Shown piece by piece: positions 1 through 9,243 of a stretch of DNA of 64,000 nt (positions within the stretch are counted from its first letter, which is position 1; every line of letters starts with the position of its first letter). The position numbers were made by a program, and so were the translations under genes. This DNA comes from Minisyncoccota bacterium (GTDB taxonomy: Bacteria; Patescibacteriota; Microgenomatia; UBA1400; PJMF01). The stretch covers positions 35,818-99,817 of the forward strand of contig JAAYYE010000009.1 of assembly GCA_012515515.1 (NCBI GenBank), in the 5' to 3' direction. The notes under the pieces were generated by a model, which was not told the origin of the DNA, did not search any database, and was given only the letters and a program-made list of their open reading frames with translations.

Positions 1-1
1 T

Positions 2-220
2 CAAATTAATGCCAAAAATTTAATTTGGCGAAACAATGATCTTTTAGAATTAGATTTAGGAAAATCTTATTTGGTCATTTTGGACAAGCATGTTGATCCC
101 AAAGAAACAATCAAAAAATTAGCCCTAATTCTAGAGGATAAAACTGTTATTGATGAAATTCAGAAGCAGGGCGTTTTGGACCTGCGCTTTAATTTGCCAG
201 TAATTCGGGAAAAACCTTGA
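2..220 (+). CDS. Partial CDS (3' end) of a cell-division FtsQ/DivIB-like protein (context-based call)
   Basis: Open frame from the window start, ending ...LPVIREKP with TGA at 218-220. It lies immediately upstream of ftsA, as ftsQ does in dcw clusters. No diagnostic motif is visible, so function is inferred from synteny only. Confidence 0.3.
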   Translation, partial: QINAKNLIWRNNDLLELDLGKSYLVILDKHVDPKETIKKLALILEDKTVIDEIQKQGVLDLRFNLPVIREKP

Positions 221-264
221 TTTTTTGTCCTCGACAGTAAACAGTTAATTCTGTATGATAATTA

Positions 265-1590
265 TTGATCAATATGAGCAAGGGAAACATCATCAGCGCT
301 ATCGATTTGGGTACAGACAAGTGTGTGGCTCTAATTGCCAAAGTAAATGAATCCTCACAATTAGAAGTCTTAGGTTTTAGTGTTGTTCCTTCTCGTGGAA
401 TCAGACGCAGCACAATTGTTAATTTGGAAGAAGCATTAACCACTGTTGGTCAGAGTCTTGATGCGGCAGAACGAATGGCTGGTTTAGCGGTCAAAAATGT
501 GGTTTTGTCAGTCTCGGGAGTTTACATTCGTTATAAAAATTCTAAGGGAGTGGTGCCAGTTTCATCGCCCAATCAAGAAATTTCCTCTCTAGATGTTGAT
601 CGAGTCATCGAAGCAGCTAGAGCGATTTCTTTACCCAGTGAGCGAGAAATAATTCATGTCATTCCCAAAGATTTTAAAGTTGATTCTCAAGAAGGCATTA
701 AAGATCCGGTGGGGATGATGGGTGTTCGTTTAGAATCTGAAACTCATATTATTACTGGTCTTTCAACCAGTTTACGCAACTTTGAAAAATGTATGGGTGA
801 TTTAGGTTTAAATGTCGATGCCTTTGTTTTTTCAGCTTTATCTGCCAGTGAAATTGCCCTCACCGAAACCGAAAAAGAGCTGGGGGTGGTGCTAGTGGAC
901 ATTGGGGCAGGTACCACCAGCATTTGCGCTTTCGTAGAAGGCGTCTTGGAATTTTCCGCAGTGATTCCGGTGGGAGCTAAATATATTACTCAAGACATTG
1001 CCTCTGGTTTAAGGATTTCTCTAGAAGATGCAGAAAAATTAAAATTATATTTAAGCGGTGACGAAGAAGTTAAATTAGTGCCATTACCTGGAGAATCGAA
1101 AGTAGAGTTTACTAAACGGAAAAAGAAATTTGATCTAATTGATTCAGAAAAAATTGGGATTAGCAATCGAGATCCCATTTCTCGGAAGTTTGTCAGCGAC
1201 GTGGTTATGGAGCCTCGAATTAAAGAAATTTTCTCTTTAGTGATGGAGGAATTAGCCAAAGCGGGCCTATTGGATGACAATAAATTACCCGCTGGCATTG
1301 TTGTCACTGGCGGTGGCGCCCTAACTTACAATCTAGTAGAAATAGCGCGTCATATGACCAAAATGGCAGTAAGATTAGGCAAACCCAATAGCATCTTAGG
1401 TTTGACTGACGACATAAAAGAGGTTAACTTTGCTGTTGCTCTGGGACTGCTGGCATATGCCAAACGTCAAGGGAATGTTGGTCCTGGAGCTAGTGTTAGT
1501 GATTTTTCCCTAACAAACATTTTGCCAAAAGACTTGTTTAAAACGATTGCGGAAAAAGCTGGTACTTTATTTAAAAAAATTTTCCCTTAA
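265..1590 (+). CDS. ftsA: Cell division protein FtsA (actin-like ATPase)
   Basis: 441 aa. N-terminal IISAIDLGTDK phosphate-1 motif of the actin/Hsp70 fold, DIGAGTT, and a C-terminal amphipathic tail. Adjacent to ftsZ. Confidence 0.9.
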   Translation: MINMSKGNIISAIDLGTDKCVALIAKVNESSQLEVLGFSVVPSRGIRRSTIVNLEEALTTVGQSLDAAERMAGLAVKNVVLSVSGVYIRYKNSKGVVPVSSPNQEISSLDVDRVIEAARAISLPSEREIIHVIPKDFKVDSQEGIKDPVGMMGVRLESETHIITGLSTSLRNFEKCMGDLGLNVDAFVFSALSASEIALTETEKELGVVLVDIGAGTTSICAFVEGVLEFSAVIPVGAKYITQDIASGLRISLEDAEKLKLYLSGDEEVKLVPLPGESKVEFTKRKKKFDLIDSEKIGISNRDPISRKFVSDVVMEPRIKEIFSLVMEELAKAGLLDDNKLPAGIVVTGGGALTYNLVEIARHMTKMAVRLGKPNSILGLTDDIKEVNFAVALGLLAYAKRQGNVGPGASVSDFSLTNILPKDLFKTIAEKAGTLFKKIFP

Positions 1591-1688
1591 TTTTTTTTAA
1601 AAAGTGCTTTTACTAGTTTACTTTTATGTTAAAATCAGGTAATTTAATTGTGATAGTTTGATATAAATAATAGCTATAATAAAGACCT

Positions 1689-2996
1689 ATGGCACTAGTT
1701 AAACCCTCAAATACCACCTTTGCAAAAATTAAAGTTGTTGGGATTGGCGGTGGTGGCAATAATGCGATTAATTCAATGATCCTCTCTAGAGAAATTAAAA
1801 ATGTCGAATTTATTGCGATTAATACCGATGCTCAGGCACTTTTAACTTCCAAAGCGGACACTAAATTACAAATTGGCAATAATTTTACCAGGGGTTTGGG
1901 GGCAGGAGCCGATCCTGAAGTTGGTCGAACAGCTGCAGAAGAAAGTCGAGAAAAAATCAAAGAATTATTATTTGATACTGATATGGTATTTATCACAGCG
2001 GGTATGGGCGGAGGAACTGGGACTGGTGCATCGCCAATTATTGCTGAAATTGCCAAAGAAACCGGTGCTTTAACCGTCTCGGTGGTGACTAAACCATTCG
2101 CTTTTGAGGGCGTGCGCAGGATGCAAACTGCTGAAGAAGGCATTGAATATCTCATTGACATGGTTGACACCCTCATTGTCATCCCCAATCAACGCTTATT
2201 AGAAGTCGTAGATAAAAAAATGACTTTTATTGATGCCTTCCGTTTGGCTGACAATGTCCTTGGTCAAGGCGTGAAAGGCATTTCAGATTTAATTACTACT
2301 GCCGGCATGATCAATGTTGATTTCGCTGATGTCAAAACCATTATGTCTGATTCTGGAACTGCCTTGATGGGTATTGGTGAGGCATCTGGTGAGGATCGAG
2401 CGGTGATGGCAGCGAGAATGGCCATTTCTTCTCCCCTTTTGGAGGTGTCAATTACTGGAGCTAAAGGCATTTTATACAATATTATTGGTGGCCCAGACAT
2501 GACCATGACCGAAGTGTCTGACGCATCATCAATTATTGCTGATAGTGCTGATGCTGATTCTGATATTATTTTTGGGGCGACCATTGATGAAAACATGGGT
2601 TCAAAAATTAAGATTAGCGTCATAGCCACTGGCTTTAGCGACAATTACAATGCGACCGGCACTCGCGCTCTATTTGGCGCTTATGGACGAGAATCGAAAA
2701 GAAAAATGGGCAATATTACTACGACTAGCCCAAAAACAAGTGTTGAGGAAGCAGTTGAAGAAGACAAAATTGACCGTGCTCCAGATGGATATACTCAACC
2801 GCAAACCATAGCCGATCGCAAACCTGCAAAAGAAGAAAAAATTGAAAGCAACAATCCTTTTGTTAGAAGTGCTTTATTTAATTTAAAAAAAGACCACAAG
2901 CCTAAGCAAGAAGACCAATCAGACAAAAAAGAAGATGCGGAAAACGATGATGAATTTGGTGAGTTTGAGGTGCCAGCTTTTTTGAGAAATAAATAG
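1689..2996 (+). CDS. ftsZ: Cell division GTPase FtsZ
   Basis: Tubulin signature GGGTGTG ([21 protein letters not shown]), [13 protein letters not shown]-terminus, NTDAQAL, and a long acidic C-terminal linker ending in a conserved peptide (FEVPAFLR). Confidence 0.95.
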   Translation: MALVKPSNTTFAKIKVVGIGGGGNNAINSMILSREIKNVEFIAINTDAQALLTSKADTKLQIGNNFTRGLGAGADPEVGRTAAEESREKIKELLFDTDMVFITAGMGGGTGTGASPIIAEIAKETGALTVSVVTKPFAFEGVRRMQTAEEGIEYLIDMVDTLIVIPNQRLLEVVDKKMTFIDAFRLADNVLGQGVKGISDLITTAGMINVDFADVKTIMSDSGTALMGIGEASGEDRAVMAARMAISSPLLEVSITGAKGILYNIIGGPDMTMTEVSDASSIIADSADADSDIIFGATIDENMGSKIKISVIATGFSDNYNATGTRALFGAYGRESKRKMGNITTTSPKTSVEEAVEEDKIDRAPDGYTQPQTIADRKPAKEEKIESNNPFVRSALFNLKKDHKPKQEDQSDKKEDAENDDEFGEFEVPAFLRNK

Positions 2997-3019
2997 TAGC
3001 TAAATTTTCTGTTATAATA

Positions 3020-3214
3020 AAAGAAGAAAGCCGTTTGAGTCAGTGATCATCTGACGAGGCGCTCGCAGAAATTTGACCAGTTAGTTGTGTCAAAAAGTAG
3101 AACGAGCCGCAGTGACTGCGTAATAGTCAAAATTGAGTAGTGATAGGGCTGGTACCTTTGCTTTTAGCAAGCCTTATTAATCCGTTAAGCAACGAGATTT
3201 AATAAGGTTTTTTT
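3020..3214 (+). promoter_or_regulatory. Candidate T-box riboswitch leader (Ile-specific) upstream of ileS
   Basis: 233-nt untranslated leader. T-box-like sequence TAGGGCTGGTACC at 3144-3156 (consensus AGGGTGGNACC with 1 inserted nt; UGGU bulge N=U fits the tRNA-Ile discriminator A73). Antiterminator helices can be drawn: AGGGC/GCCUU 3145-3149 with 3171-3175, and a small hairpin UUGC-UUUUA-GCAA 3158-3170. A mutually exclusive terminator follows (see next feature). AUC codons at 3046-3051. Stem I was not confidently folded by eye. Confidence 0.5.
3172..3214 (+). terminator. Intrinsic terminator/attenuator at the 3' end of the ileS leader
   Basis: CCTTATTAA (3172-3180), an 18-nt loop, TTAATAAGG (3199-3207), followed by TTTTTTT (3208-3214). 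It lies 15 nt upstream of the ileS ATG. Confidence 0.6.
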
Positions 3215-3229
3215 GTATAAAAAGGCAAT

Positions 3230-6157
3230 ATGAAACAGCTAGAAATTAAAGACTATAAACAAGCACCAGACCTAGCTTTACTAGAAGAAAAAGTTCTAGA
3301 ATTTTGGGAAAAAGAACAAGTCTTCGCATCATCTCTTGAACAAAGACGGGGGGCTGAAAAATTTTCTTTTTATGATGGACCTCCTTTTGCTACCGGATTA
3401 CCTCATTACGGTCATTTAATGCAATCAATGATTAAGGATTCAATCCCTCGTTATCAAACGATGAAGGGTAAATATGTGAGGCGAGTTTGGGGCTGGGATT
3501 GTCACGGTTTACCAATTGAAAACTTAATTGAACAAGAATTGAAGCTCAAAGATAAACAAGCCATCGAAGATTATGGCGTAGCTAATTTTAACCAAGCCTG
3601 TCGAGCTAGAGTCTTAACTTATGCTGAGGATTGGAAAAAAACTATCAATAGAATCGGTCGATTCATTGATATGGAAAATGCCTATAAAACGATGGACAAA
3701 AGCTACATGGAAAGTGTGTGGTGGGTCTTTAAAGAACTTTTTGATAAAGGCTTGATTTATCAAAGTCATAAAGCGATGCACATTTGCCCTCATTGCAGTA
3801 CTCCCCTCTCAAATTTTGAAGTTAGTCAGGCCTATAAAGATGTTAAAGATTTGGCTTTAACAGTCAAATTTAAATTAGATCTTGAAGATGAGGAGATCTA
3901 TTTACTCAGTTGGACAACGACGGCTTGGACGCTGCCAGGTAATATGTTTTTGGCAGTCAATCCAAGATTAGATTATGTCTTAGTTAAAATCGCTGATCAT
4001 CCAGAAAAATATTATTTGGCTAAATCTCGTTTAGAAGCGGTTTTTGCTGATCAAGACTATCAAATTCTGAAAACTGTTAAGGGTCAAGAGCTAATTGGCT
4101 TGAATTATCAGTCAGTTTTCCCTTATTTTATGAATTTAAAAACTGATCAAGATTTGCCCGATGAAGCAAGAAAGTTATTGTTCACTGTTCAGGCTGGTGA
4201 TTTTGTCAATTTAGAAGAGGGCACGGGTATTGTGCACGTGGCTCCAGCTTTTGGCGAAGATGATTATCGATTGGGAGAAAGTTTATTGCATTTTTCACAG
4301 CTTGATACTGCAGTTAAAAACAAGCTTTTTATTCAACATGTAGATATGAGCGGGCGCTTTACTAAGGCAGTGAGCGATTTTGCAGGACTTGAGGTCAAAC
4401 CGAAAAACGAAATTCAAGCGACTGACATTAAAATTATTCAATATTTAGCCAAAAAATCATTATTATTTGCTAAAAAACAATTTACCCACAGTTATCCTCA
4501 TTGTTGGCGTTGTGATTCGCCTTTATTAAATTACGCGACTAGTTCTTGGTTTGTCGCAGTTAGTTCTTTTAAAGAGCAATTATTGAAAAATAATCAGGCT
4601 ATTAATTGGCAACCAACACATATTAAAGAAGGTCGTTTTGGTCATTGGTTAGCCGATGCTAGAGATTGGGCAATTTCGCGCAATCGTTTTTGGGGAACTC
4701 CCCTCCCTCTGTGGCAGAGTGATGACGGTGAATTAATCTGTGTTGGTAGTAGTCAGGAATTGGCAGCTTTGTCTGGGCACAAGCTTGATGATTTACACAA
4801 AGAGTTTGTGGATCAGATTGTCATTAAAAAAGATGGCAAGGAATTCAAGCATTTGCCAGAAGTCTTAGATTGTTGGTTTGAATCTGGAGCTATGCCTTAT
4901 GCTCAATTCAATTATCCTTTTGCTAATCAAGATTTGTTTGAACAGAATTTTCCAGCTAATTTTATTGCTGAAGGTCAGGATCAGACTCGAGGTTGGTTTT
5001 ATACATTGCACGTCTTAGCCACAGCTTTAACCATGGCTAATGAAAAACAGCAATCAAGTCTGAATAAAGCAGCGAGCAGTGCTTTTGCCAATGTGATGTG
5101 TACTGGTTTAATTATGGCCAGTGATGGCAAAAAAATGAGTAAGCGCTTAAATAATTATCCAGAACCAGAGTTAATTATTGATAAATATGGAGCCGATAGT
5201 TTGCGCTTATATCTATTGTCATCAGCCGCAGTCAAGGCTGAAACCTTAAATTTTGCTGAACAAGAAGTGGCAGATGTGCGCCGACGAGTGTTTTTGATTT
5301 GGTGGAATATTTTGGCTTTTTATCAAAGTTTTGCTCAAAAAAATCTTGAGCAGCTAGATTTGCAAAAAGTGACAAAAATCGACCATGTTTTAGATCGCTG
5401 GTTATTATCAAAGCTTAGCACTCTAAGCGAACAATTAAGCACACATTTAGATAAGTTCGATGTGATGCGTGCGACTCGACTAGTAGCCCCCTTTATCAAT
5501 GATTTTTCAACTTGGTACTTGAGATTATCTAGAGATCGTTTCAAGGCGAATCAAAGTGCACAAGCCGCTCAAGTTTTTGCGACAGTGATTAATGTATCAG
5601 CCCAATTGTTTGCTCCACTCACACCTTTTTTTAGCGAAATTGTTTATCAACAGCTACATACAACTGGCAAATCGGTTCATTTATGCGACTATCCAGACAT
5701 CCAATCGTATCAAGATCTGGAATTAGAAAAACAAATGGCCGAATTAAGACAATTGGTGGAATTGGGTCATGCTCAAAGAAAAACTGCAAAAATGCCTCTG
5801 CGTCAACCTTTAGCTTCAGTAAGTTTTAATAAAGCAGCGAGTTTTATGGGCAATGCTGAATTAGAAGCGATCCTCAAACAAGAGTTAAATGTTAAAGCTG
5901 TTAATTGGGGTCAAGAAACCACAGCTGATATGCGGGTCGACTTTGATTTAGAGCTTAATGAAGATCTCAGGGCAGAGGGCGAAGCCCGAGTTATTATCAG
6001 GCGCATTCAAACTTGGCGCAAGCAAGCTAATTTAGCAATTGATGAGCAAACTAAGGTTTATTTAAAAACCTGGCCCAATCAGTTTACTAAAATGATTGAA
6101 GAGAAAAGCAATAGTCAATTAGTGAGAGCCCAAATCGAAGGCCTGCAAGAGTTGTAA
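3230..6157 (+). CDS. ileS: Isoleucyl-tRNA synthetase
   Basis: 975 aa. Class I HIGH-region variant (PHYGHLMQ), KMSKR (KMSKS) motif, and a CP1 editing domain region (WTTTAWTLPGN). Length and C-terminus are consistent with the type-2 (archaeal/eukaryote-like) IleRS. Confidence 0.95.
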   Translation: MKQLEIKDYKQAPDLALLEEKVLEFWEKEQVFASSLEQRRGAEKFSFYDGPPFATGLPHYGHLMQSMIKDSIPRYQTMKGKYVRRVWGWDCHGLPIENLIEQELKLKDKQAIEDYGVANFNQACRARVLTYAEDWKKTINRIGRFIDMENAYKTMDKSYMESVWWVFKELFDKGLIYQSHKAMHICPHCSTPLSNFEVSQAYKDVKDLALTVKFKLDLEDEEIYLLSWTTTAWTLPGNMFLAVNPRLDYVLVKIADHPEKYYLAKSRLEAVFADQDYQILKTVKGQELIGLNYQSVFPYFMNLKTDQDLPDEARKLLFTVQAGDFVNLEEGTGIVHVAPAFGEDDYRLGESLLHFSQLDTAVKNKLFIQHVDMSGRFTKAVSDFAGLEVKPKNEIQATDIKIIQYLAKKSLLFAKKQFTHSYPHCWRCDSPLLNYATSSWFVAVSSFKEQLLKNNQAINWQPTHIKEGRFGHWLADARDWAISRNRFWGTPLPLWQSDDGELICVGSSQELAALSGHKLDDLHKEFVDQIVIKKDGKEFKHLPEVLDCWFESGAMPYAQFNYPFANQDLFEQNFPANFIAEGQDQTRGWFYTLHVLATALTMANEKQQSSLNKAASSAFANVMCTGLIMASDGKKMSKRLNNYPEPELIIDKYGADSLRLYLLSSAAVKAETLNFAEQEVADVRRRVFLIWWNILAFYQSFAQKNLEQLDLQKVTKIDHVLDRWLLSKLSTLSEQLSTHLDKFDVMRATRLVAPFINDFSTWYLRLSRDRFKANQSAQAAQVFATVINVSAQLFAPLTPFFSEIVYQQLHTTGKSVHLCDYPDIQSYQDLELEKQMAELRQLVELGHAQRKTAKMPLRQPLASVSFNKAASFMGNAELEAILKQELNVKAVNWGQETTADMRVDFDLELNEDLRAEGEARVIIRRIQTWRKQANLAIDEQTKVYLKTWPNQFTKMIEEKSNSQLVRAQIEGLQEL

Positions 6158-6215
6158 AAGCACTTTTTCTTTAATCAGCATTGAAAAAAAAGAAACTTTG
6201 TTTTAGTCTGTAGAA

Positions 6216-7331
6216 GTGCGAAAGTATTTTTTAACGACCCTGCTGTTCTTATTGATGATTGTCGCTTTGGTGACTTTAAGAAGCATTGCTCCCGATTTAT
6301 TAAACGTTCAGTTATTGGCTTACGTCTTGGGTTTTTTACTTTTCTTTATTTTATCGAGAGTGAACATAAACTATTGGTGGCGAGCGAGTGCTTATTTATA
6401 TTGCTTGCTTAATCTGCTTTTATTGGGCTTATTAATCTGGGGACGAACAACCAGGGGTATAGTTGCTTGGATTAACTTACCCTTTGGTTTACGCTTTCAG
6501 CCATCACAATTAGCAGTGCCAATTACCGCTTTATATCTATCTAGCTTTTTTAAAAAGCAAAATCAGAAAAGTAAAGAAAAACAACTATCCTGGCCTGAAA
6601 CAATAAAAATTTTATTAATCATTCTCTTGCCTGCCTTATTGATCAATTTACAACCGGATTTGGGGACAGCAATGGTTTTCTTATTAGCCTTATTGGTTTT
6701 TATTTTTTATAACCCCATCGGTTGGAAAAAAATTGCTATTTTTGCTGGTCTGTCTATATTGTTGGTGGCTATTGCTTGGTTCTTTGTCTTAGCTGATTAT
6801 CAGAAATCCCGATTAAGTAGTTTTTTGTTTTTTACTAGTCCTGAAAAAAGCCTAAGTAGTGATTTTACTCAAGAAAGCAGTGCTGCTTATAATGCGCGCC
6901 AGTCAGTGATTGCTGTGGGCGCTGGGCAGCTTTGGGGCCAGGGATTAGGTCAGGGGACGCAGTCCCATTTAAAATTCTTGCCAGAAAGGCAGACTGATTT
7001 TATTTTTGCCTCATTTGTTGAAGAATGGGGTTTTTTAGGCTCTTTGCTAATCTTGGGTTTATATTTTTCTTTATTAGGTTTTATTTTGTATCTAACTTAT
7101 CATGAGGAGAATCGAGCTAAACAATTATATTTGTTGACAATTTTTAGCATGCTCTTGGTGCAAATTTTTATTAATATTGGTATGAATTTAGCTCTGTTAC
7201 CAATCACAGGTATTACCCTGCCCTTTTTATCTTATGGTGGTAGTAGCATTTTGGCCTTATTTTTTTCTTTAGCCCCGCTACAAAACATTATCGAAGAAGA
7301 AGAAAAGCTAGCAAGCTCAATCTTTCAATAG
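6216..7331 (+). CDS. SEDS-family peptidoglycan polymerase (FtsW/RodA-like)
   Basis: 371 aa with ~10 TM segments and a GTG start. Conserved SEDS C-terminal region (PITGITLPFLSYGGSS). It is not adjacent to a bPBP or murG, so the FtsW-versus-RodA assignment is left open. Confidence 0.8.
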   Translation: MRKYFLTTLLFLLMIVALVTLRSIAPDLLNVQLLAYVLGFLLFFILSRVNINYWWRASAYLYCLLNLLLLGLLIWGRTTRGIVAWINLPFGLRFQPSQLAVPITALYLSSFFKKQNQKSKEKQLSWPETIKILLIILLPALLINLQPDLGTAMVFLLALLVFIFYNPIGWKKIAIFAGLSILLVAIAWFFVLADYQKSRLSSFLFFTSPEKSLSSDFTQESSAAYNARQSVIAVGAGQLWGQGLGQGTQSHLKFLPERQTDFIFASFVEEWGFLGSLLILGLYFSLLGFILYLTYHEENRAKQLYLLTIFSMLLVQIFINIGMNLALLPITGITLPFLSYGGSSILALFFSLAPLQNIIEEEEKLASSIFQ

Positions 7332-7361
7332 TTTTAGTATATGTTATAATCACAATTCGTT

Positions 7362-7673
7362 ATGAAATACGCTATTATTCAATTACAAGGCAAACAATTC
7401 CAAGTCAGTGAAGGTGATCAAATTACTGTTGATCGACTAGATAAGGCAGAAGGTGAAAAATTTTCAGTAAGCGATGTTTTATTGCTTGTTGATGGTGATA
7501 AGCGCAAAATTGGCCAACCCATTGTCAAATCAGCCAAGGTTGATTGTGAAGTTGTGGCAAACAATAAAGGCGAAAAAATTCGCGTAGCCAAATATAAAGC
7601 TAAATCTCGTCATCGAAAAGTCCAAGGTCACCGTCAGCTACAAAGCTTGGTTAAAATTTTGCAAATTACTTAG
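7362..7673 (+). CDS. rplU: 50S ribosomal protein L21
   Basis: 103 aa. MKYAIIQLQGKQFQVSEGDQI matches the conserved L21 N-terminus. Confidence 0.9.
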   Translation: MKYAIIQLQGKQFQVSEGDQITVDRLDKAEGEKFSVSDVLLLVDGDKRKIGQPIVKSAKVDCEVVANNKGEKIRVAKYKAKSRHRKVQGHRQLQSLVKILQIT

Positions 7674-7678
7674 GACCT

Positions 7679-8863
7679 ATGTCCAAATTCTTATTTTTGT
7701 TTGGTAATACTCCTCAGCTATCATTGTTGGAGTTAAACAGTGTCTATCCTCAATTAAAGGCTCAATTATTGAGTGCTGAAGGTGAGCTGGCTAATCGTCT
7801 GGCTGTAGCAGAGATGACCGATGAAGAATTTAAAAAAGCCGACTTCATCAACAAACTCGGTGGCTTAGTCAAAATTTTTCAACTAGAAAAAACCTTAAAC
7901 AAGTCTAGCGATTTAACAAGCTTAAAAAACGCTGTAGTTGATTGCTTGATTAGCAAGAGTCATCAACCTTATTTTAGTATTTATCAAAAAGGCAAAGGGC
8001 AAAAAGCTATTAATCATGCCCAAATTAAAGATTTGTTGAAAGAAAGGGGTTATCGCTCTCGTTATTTCAAGGGTTCATTTGAGGGTAGTGCTTTTGCTCT
8101 GCATCAAGAAGCCAGCCAAGAAATTTTCCTTTACCACGATCAGGAGGCTATTTATCTTAGTTATTTAGTCGCTGTGCAAGATATTGATGATTGGACTAAG
8201 CGCGATCGATCCAAGCCCTATTTCGATCGAAAGAAGGGCATGTTGCCCCCAAAAGTAGCTCGGATGTTGGTCAACATTGCTGGCAGCTTATATTTAAGTG
8301 AACAAAAAAATCAATCAGCCGCAAAAATCAAGTTGATTGATCCATTTTGTGGCACGGGCACGATTTTAATCGAGGCTTTAAATCTTGGTCACCAAGTTTA
8401 CGGAGCAGATTTAGACGAACAAGCAGTTTGGGGAAGCAGACAAAATTTAGATTGGTTTAGCAATGAATATAATTTGCCCAGGCAAAATTTTGCGGAACAA
8501 ATCTTTGTGGCCGATGTTGGCCAACTCAATGCTGAAAAAGTGGCAGGTAAAAAGTTCGATCTCTTGGTGACTGAACCATTTTTAGGTAGACAAACACCCA
8601 AAGAAGAAGAATTAGCTAATATTTTTAAAGGTTTGAGTAAATTGTATTTAGGAGCTTTTAATAATTTCAGTAAAATTCTTAATCCCGGCGCCAAAGTAGC
8701 GATAATTTTTCCTAAAGTTGTGGCTGAGCATCGGGTTTTTTCTCTCGATCATTTAATTGACAAATTAAATGCAAAAGGCTACAATCTTGTAGTTTCACCT
8801 CTACTCTATGCTCGTCAAGGAGCCAGGGTTCAGCGCGAAGTTTATTTTTTTAATTTTAAATAA
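7679..8863 (+). CDS. Putative RNA methyltransferase (UPF0020/Trm11/RlmL-like class I SAM MTase) inserted between rplU and rpmA
   Basis: 394 aa. SAM-binding motif I LIDPFCGTGTILIEA. A degenerate motif IV (TEPFLG instead of NPPY/DPPY). The N-terminal ~170 aa could be a THUMP-like RNA-binding region. Placement inside the L21-L27 operon. Confidence 0.5.
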   Translation: MSKFLFLFGNTPQLSLLELNSVYPQLKAQLLSAEGELANRLAVAEMTDEEFKKADFINKLGGLVKIFQLEKTLNKSSDLTSLKNAVVDCLISKSHQPYFSIYQKGKGQKAINHAQIKDLLKERGYRSRYFKGSFEGSAFALHQEASQEIFLYHDQEAIYLSYLVAVQDIDDWTKRDRSKPYFDRKKGMLPPKVARMLVNIAGSLYLSEQKNQSAAKIKLIDPFCGTGTILIEALNLGHQVYGADLDEQAVWGSRQNLDWFSNEYNLPRQNFAEQIFVADVGQLNAEKVAGKKFDLLVTEPFLGRQTPKEEELANIFKGLSKLYLGAFNNFSKILNPGAKVAIIFPKVVAEHRVFSLDHLIDKLNAKGYNLVVSPLLYARQGARVQREVYFFNFK

Positions 8864-8871
8864 AGGGAAAT

Positions 8872-9132
8872 ATGGCACACGTTAAAGGTTCAGGTAGCGT
8901 TACACAACACGCACAAGGTTCAAGACCAGGTCGTCGTTTTGGTTTAAAAAAATTTGGTGGCCAAGATATTAAAGTCGGTCAAATAATTTTGCGACAAAAA
9001 GGCGCAAAATATAAAGCTGGTGCAGGTGCCAAAATGGGTAAAGATTACACGGTTTTTGCCATGATTGATGGTGCGGTTAATTTCACCAAGCGTTGGGGCA
9101 AAACTGTGGTTCGAGTCTTGCCTAAAAAGTAA
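8872..9132 (+). CDS. rpmA: 50S ribosomal protein L27
   Basis: 86 aa. MAHVKGSGS...FGLKKFGG...VGQIILRQKG matches L27. It has no N-terminal propeptide extension. Confidence 0.9.
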   Translation: MAHVKGSGSVTQHAQGSRPGRRFGLKKFGGQDIKVGQIILRQKGAKYKAGAGAKMGKDYTVFAMIDGAVNFTKRWGKTVVRVLPKK

Positions 9133-9243
9133 TTTTTTCGCTTTTTCCTCTGGTAATTTTCACGTCTTAGTGGATTTAGTGTTTTTGTGAAAACTGTGAA
9201 ACAAACTCTAGGCAAAATTGATATACTGTGTTATATATAGAGT

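Noticed and set aside
1591-1688. Canonical sigma70 promoter for ftsZ with proper -35/-10 spacing
   Set aside because: TATAAT-like hexamers are abundant in this AT-rich spacer. No -35 element at 17 +/- 1 bp could be matched convincingly.
990-2644. Track ORFs 990..1307(-), 1832..2188(-), 1873..2073(+) and 2264..2644(-), lying antisense or out of frame within ftsA and ftsZ. Similar shadow ORFs occur inside ileS, GT genes and argS, for example 5335..5544, 8398..8694, 15162..15524, 36204..36489 and 59372..59838.
   Set aside because: They lie entirely within well-supported genes on the opposite strand or in alternate frames. They have low-complexity, non-protein-like composition, and there is no independent signal.
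9150-9215. A canonical parS site upstream of parB
   Set aside because: Only separated half-sites are present (TTTCACG and GTGAAACA). No 16-bp palindrome matches TGTTTCACGTGAAACA. Kept only as a low-interest note.
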